Origin: an uncultured Actinomycetota bacterium
GTDB lineage: Bacteria; Actinomycetota; Actinomycetes; JACCUZ01
DNA: 64,000 nucleotides
Direction of reading: 5' to 3'
Assembly: GCA_963839955.1 (NCBI GenBank)
Contig: CAWIXB010000001.1
Location: forward strand, 1,235,666-1,299,665
In this document: piece by piece, positions 1-8,993 of the stretch
How positions within the stretch are numbered: the stretch's first letter is position 1
Layout of the letters: each line of letters opens with the position of its first letter
Program-made: the position numbers and the translations under genes
The notes under the pieces: generated by a model
Told to the model about the DNA's origin: nothing
The model's database searches: none
Seen by the model: only the letters and a program-made list of their open reading frames with translations

Positions 1-440
1 CACTCGAGGTCGTCGAGCTCACCGGCCGGCCGTTCGTCGCCTCGCTGCCCGAGTACCGCTACGCGGTGCCTGCGGTGCAGTTCGGGCTCGCCGCCCCGCG
101 CCCCGACCTGGACGCGCGCGTTGCCGACCGGGTCGACGCGATGTGGGCGGCTGGGCTGGTGGCCGAGGTCGCCGACCTGGACCGCGGCGGCCTGCGCTCC
201 GGACGGACGGCGTCGCGGGGGCTCGGCTACGCGCAGGTGCTGCGCCACCTCGCCGGCGAGTGGACCGAGGAGCAGGCGCGCGCCGAGACGGTGCGGGCGA
301 CCCGGCGCTTCGCCCGCCGCCAGGAGTCGTGGTTCCGCCGCGACCCCCGGGTCCGCTGGCTGAGCGCGACCGTGGTCGACGGTGGCACGCCGGCGCTGCT
401 CACCGAGGTGCTCGCCGCGTTGGGCAGTCCTCCGACTTGA
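1..440 (+). CDS. miaA: tRNA dimethylallyltransferase, C-terminal part (5'-partial at window edge)
   Basis: The frame is open from the window start. The translation (…ELTGRPFVASLPEYRYAVPAVQFGL…YAQVLRHLAGEWTEEQARAETVRATRRFARRQESWFRRDPRVRWL) matches the conserved MiaA C-terminus. Its position upstream of dapF fits the actinobacterial backbone. Confidence 0.8.
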   Translation, partial: LEVVELTGRPFVASLPEYRYAVPAVQFGLAAPRPDLDARVADRVDAMWAAGLVAEVADLDRGGLRSGRTASRGLGYAQVLRHLAGEWTEEQARAETVRATRRFARRQESWFRRDPRVRWLSATVVDGGTPALLTEVLAALGSPPT

Positions 441-512
441 GGAGGCCGGCGTGAGGTAGGAATGTCCGGGTAGGTCAATCGTCTGACGCTGGGCCAACCC
501 GGAGGTTTCACG

Positions 513-2345
513 ATGATGCGGCGACGTCCCACCCTCCTTCGCACCGCTCTCGGCGCCCTGGCGGCGCTGGCGTTGATCGCTCCGGTGGCGACGCCGGCCG
601 ACGCCAAGCCGAAACCACCAAAGCCGCCCGCCGGGGCCAAGACCCCCACCGCGGTGGGCAGCGGCGGTGCCGTCTCGTCGGTCGACGCGGACGCCACCCG
701 GGTGGGCCTCGACGTGCTGCGCAAGGGCGGCAACGCGGTCGACGCGGCGGTGGCCACGGCTGCCACGCTGGGCGTGACCGAGCCCTACTCCGCGGGCATC
801 GGTGGCGGCGGCTACTTCGTCTTCTACCAGGCCGACAGCGGCCAGGTGCGCACCATCGACGGTCGCGAGACCGCGCCGCAGCGGATGGGCCCGACCGCGT
901 TCGTGGACCCGGCGACCGGCCAGCCGATGCCCTTCAGCGACGCGGTCACCAGCGGCCTCTCCGTCGGCGTGCCCGGCACGCCGGCGACCTGGGACGAGGC
1001 CCTCGACCGGTGGGGCACGCTGTCCCTGCGTGCCGCGCTGCGCGGCGCCACCGACGTCGCGCACAAGGGATTCGTCGTCGACAAGACGTTCTTCGACCAG
1101 ACCGACGCCAACAAGGCGCGCTTCGCCGACTTCACCTCGACGAGCAAGCTCTTCCTGCCCGGCGGAGCGCCCCCGGCGGTGGGGTCCACCTTCAAGAACC
1201 GCGACCTGGCCGGCACCTACAAGCGGCTCGGCAAGGACGGCGTCGACTGGCTCTACCAAGGCCGCCTGGGTGACGAGGTCGTCGACACGGTCAAGAGCCC
1301 GCCACAGACACCGGGTTCGACGCGCAACGTGCGTCCCGGGCTGATGGAGACGGGCGACCTGGCGGCCTACGAGGAGCTGCGCCGGCCGCCCACCCGGGTC
1401 GGCTATCGCGGGCTCGACGTCTACGGCATGGCCCCGTCGTCGAGCGGCGGGTCGACGGTGGGGGAGGCGCTCAACATCCTGGAGAACGCCGACCTCGGGT
1501 CGATGTCGCGCACCCAGGCCATGCACCACTACCTCGAGGCGAGTGCGTTGGCGTTCGCCGACCGTGGCAGGTACGTCGGCGACCCGGCGTACGTCGACGT
1601 GCCGCTCCAGCAGCTGCTCTCGGACGGCTTCGCGGGCGAGCGGTTCTGCCAGATCGACCCTGCCCACGCGTTGGTCAAGCCGGTCCCGCCGGGTTCCCCC
1701 GACGGCAGCTACAGCGGCTGCGGCGCCGGCCCGGCCGCCGCCACCGGGAGTGACCGGGAAGGGCTGTCGACCACCCACCTGACGACCGCCGACAAATGGG
1801 GCAACGTCGTCTCCTACACGCTGACCATCGAGCAGACCGGAGGCAGCGGCATCGTGGTGCCCGGTCGTGGCTTCCTGCTCAACAACGAGCTGACCGACTT
1901 CAACTTCGTGCCCACCATCGCTAACGACCCCAACCTGCCCGCACCCGGGAAGCGGCCCCGCTCGTCGATGTCGCCGACGATCGTGCTCGACGGCGGCGAG
2001 CCGGTGCTCGCCGTGGGATCTCCGGGCGGTTCGACCATCATCACCACGGTCTTGCAGATCCTCGTCGACCGTCTCGACCGCGGCATGACCCTGCCCGAGG
2101 CCGTCGCCGACCCTCGCGCGAGCCAGCGCAACACTGCTGCCGTGCAAGCGGAGCCGGCCTTCGAGCGCGCCGGCTTGGCCGCGCTGGGGCACTCGTTCGT
2201 CGATCCGCCCGCGCCGGGTGAGATCGGCGCGGCCGCGGCCATCGAGCTGCTCGACGACGGCAGGTTCCTCGCCGCGGCGGAGCCGACCCGCCGTGGCGGC
2301 GGGAGCGCAGGCGTGGTGCGACCGGCACGTACGATCAACGAGTGA
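513..2345 (+). CDS. ggt: gamma-glutamyltransferase (secreted; Sec signal peptide MMRRRPTLLRTALGALAALALIAPVATPADA)
   Basis: The 610-aa ORF carries GGT hallmarks: GGGGYFVFYQ, and a T-rich autoprocessing region TTHLTTADKWGNVVSYTLTIEQTGGSGIVVPGRGFLLNNELTDF. Its stop overlaps the dapF start (GTGA). Confidence 0.9.
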   Translation: MMRRRPTLLRTALGALAALALIAPVATPADAKPKPPKPPAGAKTPTAVGSGGAVSSVDADATRVGLDVLRKGGNAVDAAVATAATLGVTEPYSAGIGGGGYFVFYQADSGQVRTIDGRETAPQRMGPTAFVDPATGQPMPFSDAVTSGLSVGVPGTPATWDEALDRWGTLSLRAALRGATDVAHKGFVVDKTFFDQTDANKARFADFTSTSKLFLPGGAPPAVGSTFKNRDLAGTYKRLGKDGVDWLYQGRLGDEVVDTVKSPPQTPGSTRNVRPGLMETGDLAAYEELRRPPTRVGYRGLDVYGMAPSSSGGSTVGEALNILENADLGSMSRTQAMHHYLEASALAFADRGRYVGDPAYVDVPLQQLLSDGFAGERFCQIDPAHALVKPVPPGSPDGSYSGCGAGPAAATGSDREGLSTTHLTTADKWGNVVSYTLTIEQTGGSGIVVPGRGFLLNNELTDFNFVPTIANDPNLPAPGKRPRSSMSPTIVLDGGEPVLAVGSPGGSTIITTVLQILVDRLDRGMTLPEAVADPRASQRNTAAVQAEPAFERAGLAALGHSFVDPPAPGEIGAAAAIELLDDGRFLAAAEPTRRGGGSAGVVRPARTINE

Positions 2346-3187
2346 GCGGTATCCGCTTCATCAAGGGTCACGGCACGGAGAACGACTTCGTCGTGCTGCC
2401 CGACCCCGAGCGCTCGCTCGACCTCACGCCCGCGCTGATCAGTGCGCTGTGCGACCGCAGGGCGGGCGTCGGCGGCGACGGCGTGCTCCGGGTCGTGCTC
2501 GCGAGCGCTGACCCCGAGGGCGCGCCGATGTCCCCCGAGTCCCGCTGGTTCATGGACTACCGCAACGCCGACGGGTCGGTCGCGGAGATGTGCGGCAACG
2601 GGATACGTGTCGTGGCGCGCTACCTCGTCGATGCGGGCCTCGAGCCGCCGGGGACGCTGCGCCTCGCGACGCGGGGCGGGGTCAAGACCGTTCGCCTCGA
2701 CGAGACCGGTGACGTGACCGTCGACATGGGCCCGCCGGGCTTCCCGAGCCCGGCCGAGGTGAAGGTGCGCGTCGACGACCGCGGGTGGTCGGGCGCCGTC
2801 GTCGACATGGGCAACCCGCATGTCGTCGCCTTTGTGGACGATCTTGCCGACGTCGGCCGGCTTCTCGACGCTCCGCAGCTCGACCCGCAGCTTCCTCACG
2901 GTGCCAATGTCGAGTTCGTCGTGGGCCGCGGGGAGCGCCACATCGCGATGCGGGTGCACGAGCGCGGTGTCGGCGAGACCCGGTCCTGCGGCACGGGAGC
3001 CTGCGCCGCGATGGTGGCGGCCGCGCGCCGCGACCAGGTCGCGGCGCCCTCGTCGTACGTCGTCGACGTCCCCGGCGGTCGGCTCACTGTCGCGCAGCGC
3101 GACGACGGCCACGTCGAGCTGACCGGGCCGGCTGTCCTCGTCGCCGAAGGCGAGCTCACCCTCGACTGGATCACCGCGCACCGCTGA
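2342..3187 (+). CDS. dapF: diaminopimelate epimerase
   Basis: The 281-aa ORF begins MSGIRFIKGHGTENDFVVLPD. It has the two catalytic Cys regions (…MCGNGIRVVARYL… and …SCGTGACAAMVAA…) typical of DapF. Confidence 0.9.
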   Translation: MSGIRFIKGHGTENDFVVLPDPERSLDLTPALISALCDRRAGVGGDGVLRVVLASADPEGAPMSPESRWFMDYRNADGSVAEMCGNGIRVVARYLVDAGLEPPGTLRLATRGGVKTVRLDETGDVTVDMGPPGFPSPAEVKVRVDDRGWSGAVVDMGNPHVVAFVDDLADVGRLLDAPQLDPQLPHGANVEFVVGRGERHIAMRVHERGVGETRSCGTGACAAMVAAARRDQVAAPSSYVVDVPGGRLTVAQRDDGHVELTGPAVLVAEGELTLDWITAHR

Positions 3188-3260
3188 GGGCTGTATCAGC
3201 GACGCGGTTCATGTATGAGCCACGCGGGTCATGTATGAGCTACGCGGGTCATGTATCAGC
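3185..3260. repeat. four tandem 20-bp direct repeats (consensus ACGCGGGTCATGTATGAGC) downstream of dapF and about 50 bp upstream of the 3310 gene
   Basis: Read directly: tgagggctgtatcagc | gacgcggttcatgtatgagc | cacgcgggtcatgtatgagc | tacgcgggtcatgtatcagc. The 20-bp period equals two helical turns, which is typical of response-regulator or iteron-like binding arrays. Confidence 0.7.
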
Positions 3261-3309
3261 GTCCGTGCGACGTGCTCTTCCTGGCACCACGAGTCCTAGG
3301 GAGACAGCC

Positions 3310-3849
3310 ATGCGCGTCCGACCTGTCCTGCTCGCCACCCTCATCGCCTTGGCCCCCATGGCGGTCCCCGTCCCGGCATCGGCCGCCTGCAGCACACCGT
3401 GGGGCTCGACCGCCGAGCGCGCGCCGGACCGGTCGGAGGCCAGCGTGACCGGCGTACGCGCCGGCAAACACACCTGCTTCGACCGTTTCGTGGTCGACCT
3501 CAACTGGCACCGGGACGGCTACCTCGTCCGCTACGTGCCCTCGGTCCACCAGGAGGGCTCGGGAGCGCTCGTGCCGCTGCGCGGTGGCGCCAAGCTCGAG
3601 GTCATCGTGCGCTCACCGGCGTACGACCACTTCGGCAACCCGACGTACGTGCCCAGGAACCCGCGGGAGGTCGTGCCGATCAGGTACAGGGGATACCGCA
3701 CGCTGCGCCAGGCCGCCTACGCCGGCTCGTTCGAGGGCCAGACGACCTTCGGTGTCGGCGTCCGCGCCCGGCTGCCGTTCCGCGTGTTCACCCTCGCAGG
3801 TGCACATGGCACGTCGATGGTCGTCGTCGACGTGGCGCACACCTGGTAG
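3310..3849 (+). CDS. secreted hypothetical protein (signal peptide; possible GerMN/AMIN-like fold)
   Basis: ATG at 3310 is preceded by a GGGAG ribosome-binding site (RBS). The N-terminus is MRVRPVLLATLIALAPMAVPVPASAA, followed by cleavage. No catalytic motif was recognised. Confidence 0.55.
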   Translation: MRVRPVLLATLIALAPMAVPVPASAACSTPWGSTAERAPDRSEASVTGVRAGKHTCFDRFVVDLNWHRDGYLVRYVPSVHQEGSGALVPLRGGAKLEVIVRSPAYDHFGNPTYVPRNPREVVPIRYRGYRTLRQAAYAGSFEGQTTFGVGVRARLPFRVFTLAGAHGTSMVVVDVAHTW

Positions 3850-3850
3850 C

Positions 3851-4546
3851 TCAGAGCCCGTTGGCCGAGAAGTGCATGTAGTCCTTGAGTGAGGACCACC
3901 CACCGCCCCATTTCCAGCTGATGTCGGTGAAGGCGCGGCGTACGCCCGTGGTCACCATCCCCTTGCGAAGAGGGGAGCGGTCGACGTACGCCGCGCCCGA
4001 GGCCGGTTCGACGACCCGGCCGCTGACATAGGGGTTCTGTACGGGGTTGATGTCGAGGGCGCGGCCGTAGGAGTGCTGGGACCAGGCTCGCCCGCTCGTC
4101 GTCTTACGGCAGTTGAACGCCGACGTGTTGTTGGCCCGCATCGACGCGCCGTCGCTGCCGCGGTAGTCGTCGACGAGGCGCATCCCCTGGATCGGGAACT
4201 CCTGCCGGTAGAGCGTGCGGAACACCGAGACGATGTTGGTGCCCTGTCCGTAGCGGACCACGAGCTCACCGGTGCGGAACCGGCCGGCGAACCCGACATA
4301 GCTGACGGTCACGTAGCGAAGCTGCGAGAGCGGCACGGGGCAGCCGGCGCGCCACGAGAAGCGCATCCGCTCGGCGAGCGCTGCGTCGATGGGACGGATC
4401 GACCAGCGAAATGCCGGGGCAGTCACCGCCGCGAGGTCGGCGGAGCGGGTCGGTGCCGCCGCCGGGGTCGCCGCGAGCATGACCGGCGCGCAGACCAGGG
4501 CAGCAACAGCGACCGCCAGACCGGGCAGAGCAGCGGAGAGGCGCAT
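3851..4546 (-). CDS. LAS/M15-family zinc metallopeptidase (D-Ala-D-Ala carboxypeptidase-like), secreted
   Basis: An internal ATG at 4546 gives MRLSAALPGLAVAVAALVCAPVMLAA (signal peptide). The SxHxxGxAxD motif (SQHSYGRALDINP) and a downstream D-x-M-H-F motif are diagnostic of M15/LAS peptidases. Confidence 0.7.
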   Translation of the reverse strand: MRLSAALPGLAVAVAALVCAPVMLAATPAAAPTRSADLAAVTAPAFRWSIRPIDAALAERMRFSWRAGCPVPLSQLRYVTVSYVGFAGRFRTGELVVRYGQGTNIVSVFRTLYRQEFPIQGMRLVDDYRGSDGASMRANNTSAFNCRKTTSGRAWSQHSYGRALDINPVQNPYVSGRVVEPASGAAYVDRSPLRKGMVTTGVRRAFTDISWKWGGGWSSLKDYMHFSANGL

Positions 4547-4643
4547 ACCTTCAGGACTCCCGTCTCGTGTCTGCAGTTGTCCTCGGCACAGATCGAGGTC
4601 GACACAAGACGGTTTCAGTGGGTTGTTCTTCGCAGGTGGGCCG

Positions 4644-7169
4644 TCAGGCGAGGGCAAGCGGTGCGGACCGAACCGCCGCGAGCGGGCGCGACTGCCAGGC
4701 CGCCAGCCAGCCGAGCAGGTCCTCAGCAGGCATCGGCCGGGACATCCAGAAGCCCTGCGCGGTGTCGCAGCCGAGCGTCTGGAGCAACCGCCAGGACGCC
4801 TCGTCCTCGACACCCTCGGCGACGACCTCCCGGCCGAGGCGGTGGCCCAGGTCGATGATCGCTCCAATGATCGCCACCGACTCGTCATGCGCGTCGAGGT
4901 CGGCGCGGCGAAGGAACGACCGGTCGACCTTGATCTCGTGCACCGGCAGGCGCTGCAAGTAGGCGAGCGAGGAGTAGCCCGTGCCCAGGTCGTCGATGGA
5001 CAGCCGGACGCCGAGTGCGCGGAGCCGCCCGAGCGCCTCGATCGCGCGCTCCGGGTCCGCCATCAGGCTCGACTCGGTGATCTCCAGGGTGAGCGCCGAG
5101 GCGGGTACCTCGACGGCGGCCAGCGCCCGAGCGACCTGGTCGACGAAGTCGGGATCGAGCAGGCTACGGGGGGAGATGTTCACCGCAATGCCGAGGGACT
5201 GGCCGGCCTTGCGCCACGCCTCGCACGCGAGCAGCGACTGCCTCAGCACGGACATGGTCAGCGGCGTGATGAGCCCGCTGTGCTCGGCCACCGGGATGAA
5301 CTCGTCGGGAGGGATGAGTCCGCGCTCGGGGTGCAGCCATCGCGCCAGCGCCTCGACTCCGACGACCGCGCCGTCGCGCAGCGACACCTTCGGCTGAACG
5401 TGCACGACAAGCGAACCGTCGGTGATGGCCTGCTTGAGATCGGTGAGGACGGTCAGCCGCTCGCGGCTGCTCGCGTCGAGTTCGGGTCGGTAGGCCTCGA
5501 CCGCCGTGTGGCGGCTCTTGGCGGCTGACATCGCGATGTCAGCTCGCCGCAGCACGTCGATGACATCCGATCCGCGGTCAGCGAAGGCAGTGCCGAAGGC
5601 GGCGCTCACCGTCACGTGGAGCTCGTCGAGCTCGAATGGACCCGACAACGACTGGCGCAGCAGCGTGACGACCGAGTCCGCCACCGCCGGCGCTGCCTGC
5701 GGGAGCAGAACGGCGAACTCGTCGCCGCCGACGCGGGCGAGCACGCCTCGCTGCGGCACCGTACTGGCCATCCGTTTCGCGACCTTCTGCAGCAGAGAGT
5801 CGCCAGCCGGATGCCCGAGCGTTTCGTTGATCTCCTTGAACCGGTCGAGGTTCAGCAGCACGACGCCGACGTCTTCACCGGCCGCCAGCCGGCGGGCCAG
5901 CAGCTCCTCGAGGTGGCGCCGGTTCGGCAGGCCCGTCAGCGAGTCGTGCATCGACTGCCTGAGCTGTTCGGCGACCTGCTCGGTGATGAGGTCGGCGCGG
6001 CGGGCGTTGCGCAGGGCGACGCTGAGATGGTTGCCGAGAGCGGTCAGCTCGCGCAGGTTGGCGGGGCCGAAGGTCTCAACGTCCCCGAGTCGGTCGCCGA
6101 CGACGAGCGTGCCGACGACCCCGTCGTCGCCGCGTAGTGGCATGGCGACGGCGTCGCGCAGCCCCGCCACGCGCAAGGCTCGGCCGAGGATGGCGTCGCG
6201 ACTCCCGCGGCGGGCGAGGACCGGACCGGCCGCGGTCCATGCGGCCAGGGCGCCCGCCTTGCTCGACCCGCTGAGTTCGCGCACTGAGCCGTCGATCCCG
6301 CCCTCCCAGTGCCGAGCCCGGCCGGCGAACGCTGCGTTGAGGGTGAGCTCGACAGTCTCTGCTCCCAGCGCCTGAGCAATCCAGACCACAGCCGTCGATG
6401 CGGCGGACTCGACGTCCGTACGCCCGCCGATCTCGCCGGTGAAGCGGCTGAGCTGTTCCAGGCTCTCGGTGCGCTGCCGCAACGAATGGTGGGCGCGCTG
6501 CGCGGAGAACAGCACAGCCAGGACGACACCAACCGTCCAGATGGCCCGCCAGTCGACGCTGAGCACGTAGACGAGAACGAGGCCGAGGCTCGCGTTCACC
6601 ATCGGCAGCAGCGGACCGAGCACGAGCAGGTTGATGGCGAACCTGGGTCGGGTGCCAGTGGTCACCGCGATCGCGAGCGAGATCAGCACCGTGCCGAGCA
6701 GGTCGGTGCTGACGATGGCAACGCCGATCGCGACCCAGCCCCACGGGCTGAGCTGCCCGGCATCGCCGAGCACGAGCCGCCACACGAGGACGACGGCGGC
6801 CGCTTCCAGCGCATAGTGCGCGACGTTGAACGCGAGCTTGTGCAGGCTGCGCCGGTTCCGCCAGGCGAGCGGCAGAACGGCACCGAGCAGGCGGGCAAGC
6901 ACGTAGTGGCTGGGCGGTAGCAGGAAGAGCCCGACGACGAGGGGGATCTCGTTGAGCGTGACGGAGTAGGCGTTGCGCCCGATCGGGAGGTAGACGACGG
7001 CGAGCTCCGCGGCGGCGAAGCCCGCCACGACGAGCGCCAGCATGAGCAGCGGATGTCCGGGCACGCCCTTCGGCGAGGGCAGGTCAGGCACGGCCAGGCT
7101 GATCAGCGCCACGGCCGAGAGGGTGATCGCGCCGACGAGCAGAAACAGCTGAAGGTCGGCCCGTCCCAC
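4644..7169 (-). CDS. membrane sensor diguanylate cyclase/phosphodiesterase (multi-TM N-terminal domain, GAF, GGDEF, EAL)
   Basis: It contains GGDEF (RVGGDEFAVLL) and EAL (GVEALARW…, ELTESSLM, DDFGTGYSSL-like) domains and about 8 predicted TM helices at the N-terminus. The start was moved to GTG at about 7169 because the track ORF overlaps the stop of the upstream S8 gene. Confidence 0.75.
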   Translation of the reverse strand: MGRADLQLFLLVGAITLSAVALISLAVPDLPSPKGVPGHPLLMLALVVAGFAAAELAVVYLPIGRNAYSVTLNEIPLVVGLFLLPPSHYVLARLLGAVLPLAWRNRRSLHKLAFNVAHYALEAAAVVLVWRLVLGDAGQLSPWGWVAIGVAIVSTDLLGTVLISLAIAVTTGTRPRFAINLLVLGPLLPMVNASLGLVLVYVLSVDWRAIWTVGVVLAVLFSAQRAHHSLRQRTESLEQLSRFTGEIGGRTDVESAASTAVVWIAQALGAETVELTLNAAFAGRARHWEGGIDGSVRELSGSSKAGALAAWTAAGPVLARRGSRDAILGRALRVAGLRDAVAMPLRGDDGVVGTLVVGDRLGDVETFGPANLRELTALGNHLSVALRNARRADLITEQVAEQLRQSMHDSLTGLPNRRHLEELLARRLAAGEDVGVVLLNLDRFKEINETLGHPAGDSLLQKVAKRMASTVPQRGVLARVGGDEFAVLLPQAAPAVADSVVTLLRQSLSGPFELDELHVTVSAAFGTAFADRGSDVIDVLRRADIAMSAAKSRHTAVEAYRPELDASSRERLTVLTDLKQAITDGSLVVHVQPKVSLRDGAVVGVEALARWLHPERGLIPPDEFIPVAEHSGLITPLTMSVLRQSLLACEAWRKAGQSLGIAVNISPRSLLDPDFVDQVARALAAVEVPASALTLEITESSLMADPERAIEALGRLRALGVRLSIDDLGTGYSSLAYLQRLPVHEIKVDRSFLRRADLDAHDESVAIIGAIIDLGHRLGREVVAEGVEDEASWRLLQTLGCDTAQGFWMSRPMPAEDLLGWLAAWQSRPLAAVRSAPLALA

Positions 7170-7207
7170 GACGGGGACAGACCGACCTCGCTGTGCTGCC
7201 GGACCGG

Positions 7208-8818
7208 TCACGGAGGTCCGCCCCACCCAGCCGACGCCCAGGACTTGCCCGCCCACGACTTGCCGAGCCAGGTCGCCCCGGCCCCTGCGTAGCCGCCCCA
7301 CGACGAGCCAGCCCATGACTTACCCGCCCAGGACTTGCCCGCCCAGCCGTTGCCGGCCCACGACTTGCCGGCCCACGACTTGCCGGCCCACGACTTGCCG
7401 GCCCACGACTTGCCGGCCCATGAGTCGCCGCACCAGCACGTACCGGTCCAGTCGACGTCGCCACCGAGCCAGCGGCCACCTTGCCAGCCGGCGAACGAGG
7501 CGCTGGCCGGAGCCCAGCGGGCTGCGTTGAAGGTGCCTAGCACATGACGCTCACCGGTGAGCTCGACGCCGTCGTCGCCCACGTGCTGCGTGCCTCGGGC
7601 CTGCTCGAGCGAGCCGAGGCCGGTCGATCGGGGCCAGCTCTGAGTGGCGTTCGGGGTCGCGGCCAAGAAGGCGCGGTACACGTCGAGCTCGCCTGTTCCC
7701 CTGCCCGCCGCGTCAGCGGTCGGCATCGGCTCGGCCGAGGACTTGAGCAGGGCCTTGACCTGGTCAGGCCTGAGGTTCGGCCTGGCCTGGAGGAGCAGCG
7801 CCACCGCACCCGAGACGACTGCCGCGGCCTGCGACGACCCGCTGCCCTTGAAATAGCGATCACCGACGCGGGCTCCCGGGTAGGCCTCGTCGAGGTAGGA
7901 ATCCGGGTCGCGAAGGGAGAGGAGCGACGTGCCCGGCGCGACCAGGTCGACGCGGCGGGCCGCGTCACCGCGGCTGCTGAAAGCGGGCACGACGTCGTCG
8001 TGCGCACTCACGGTGCCGCTGGTTGACGACGCGCCCACGGCAAGCACGTAGGGGTCGTACGCCGGGTTGTTGAGGCGCGAGGCGCCGCTGTTGCCGCCAG
8101 AGACGACGACGACGATGCCCGCCCGCCACGCGTTCTCCACGGCATGCGCGAGCGGGTCGGTGCGGTAGTCCTGCACACCGTCGGTCCCGTAGGCGAGGTT
8201 GAGGACCCGGATGGGGCGTTGCGGGTCGTCGCGGCGGTGGGCGACCACCCAGTCGACTGCGGCGATGACCTGTGAGACGTCGACGGCGCCCTCAGCGGTG
8301 CCGACCTTGACACTGGTCAGCCGGGCGCCGGGAGCCATGCCCTGGAAGCGGTCGGAGTCGAGCAGGCGGACGGGGTCGTTCCCGGCGATGATGCCGGCCA
8401 TGTGCGTGCCGTGGCCGAACGTGTCCAGGTGGCGCACGGCCGGGGTCTGGCTCTCGAACGACAGGTCCGGACCGTTGACCACGTTGCCGGTCAGCCCCTT
8501 GACGGGGACGACACCGGTGTCGATGAGCGCCACGCCGACTCCGCTGCCGGTGACCCCACGGGAGTACATCCGGTCGGCGCCGATGACGGCGGCGACATGG
8601 TCGAGGCTGGTGCTCTTGTCGTCATACATCCACCCGGTGGGGCCGAGCAGGCTGCCGACCGTGCCGGCGACGAGCGAGGTGGTGGTCGTCACCACGCCCC
8701 CGACAACCCCCGTGACCACACCCGTCAGATCGCCGATGAGCCCGGCCCGGGCCGGTGTCGTCGCGGGCCCGAGCCCGAGCAGGACGACTGCCGTCGTGGC
8801 CACCGCCACCCGTCGCAT
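7208..8818 (-). CDS. S8 (subtilisin-like) serine peptidase, secreted, with a C-terminal Trp-rich pentapeptide (SWAGK) repeat tail
   Basis: The catalytic triad regions are present: VALIDTGV (Asp), HGTHMAGII (His) and GTSLLS/GSGSSQAAAVVSG (Ser). The signal peptide is MRRVAVATTAVVLLGL (start at ATG 8818; an alternative ATG lies at 8842). The C-terminus reads CGDSWAGKSWAGKSWAGKSWAGKSWAGNGWAGKSWAGKSWAG…. Confidence 0.8.
   Translation of the reverse strand: MRRVAVATTAVVLLGLGPATTPARAGLIGDLTGVVTGVVGGVVTTTTSLVAGTVGSLLGPTGWMYDDKSTSLDHVAAVIGADRMYSRGVTGSGVGVALIDTGVVPVKGLTGNVVNGPDLSFESQTPAVRHLDTFGHGTHMAGIIAGNDPVRLLDSDRFQGMAPGARLTSVKVGTAEGAVDVSQVIAAVDWVVAHRRDDPQRPIRVLNLAYGTDGVQDYRTDPLAHAVENAWRAGIVVVVSGGNSGASRLNNPAYDPYVLAVGASSTSGTVSAHDDVVPAFSSRGDAARRVDLVAPGTSLLSLRDPDSYLDEAYPGARVGDRYFKGSGSSQAAAVVSGAVALLLQARPNLRPDQVKALLKSSAEPMPTADAAGRGTGELDVYRAFLAATPNATQSWPRSTGLGSLEQARGTQHVGDDGVELTGERHVLGTFNAARWAPASASFAGWQGGRWLGGDVDWTGTCWCGDSWAGKSWAGKSWAGKSWAGKSWAGNGWAGKSWAGKSWAGSSWGGYAGAGATWLGKSWAGKSWASAGWGGPP
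7216..7440. repeat. 15-bp tandem repeat array (GACTTGCCGGCCCAC-like) encoding the SWAGK pentapeptide repeats
   Basis: Read directly: gacttgccggcccac is repeated at least 5 times between about 7362 and 7436, with degenerate copies flanking it. Confidence 0.7.
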
Positions 8819-8993
8819 CCCGCGTCCCCCGCGTGACTGCATCGCAGACCCCACCCTGTCGCGACGCGAGAAGAAGGTACTCCCCGCCGTCTTACGGAGA
8901 GTGTCGGGCCGATGACAACCGGTAGGTAATGGGCAGGGCAAGAATTAGGCCGTTGGGGGAGCCGATGCCACTCGGGCGGCGTAGTCCTTTTGG

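Noticed and set aside
1814-3181. 455-aa ORF on the minus strand antisense to ggt/dapF
   Set aside because: It has a low-complexity Arg/Ala/Pro-rich translation typical of spurious antisense frames in high-GC DNA. It overlaps two well-supported genes.
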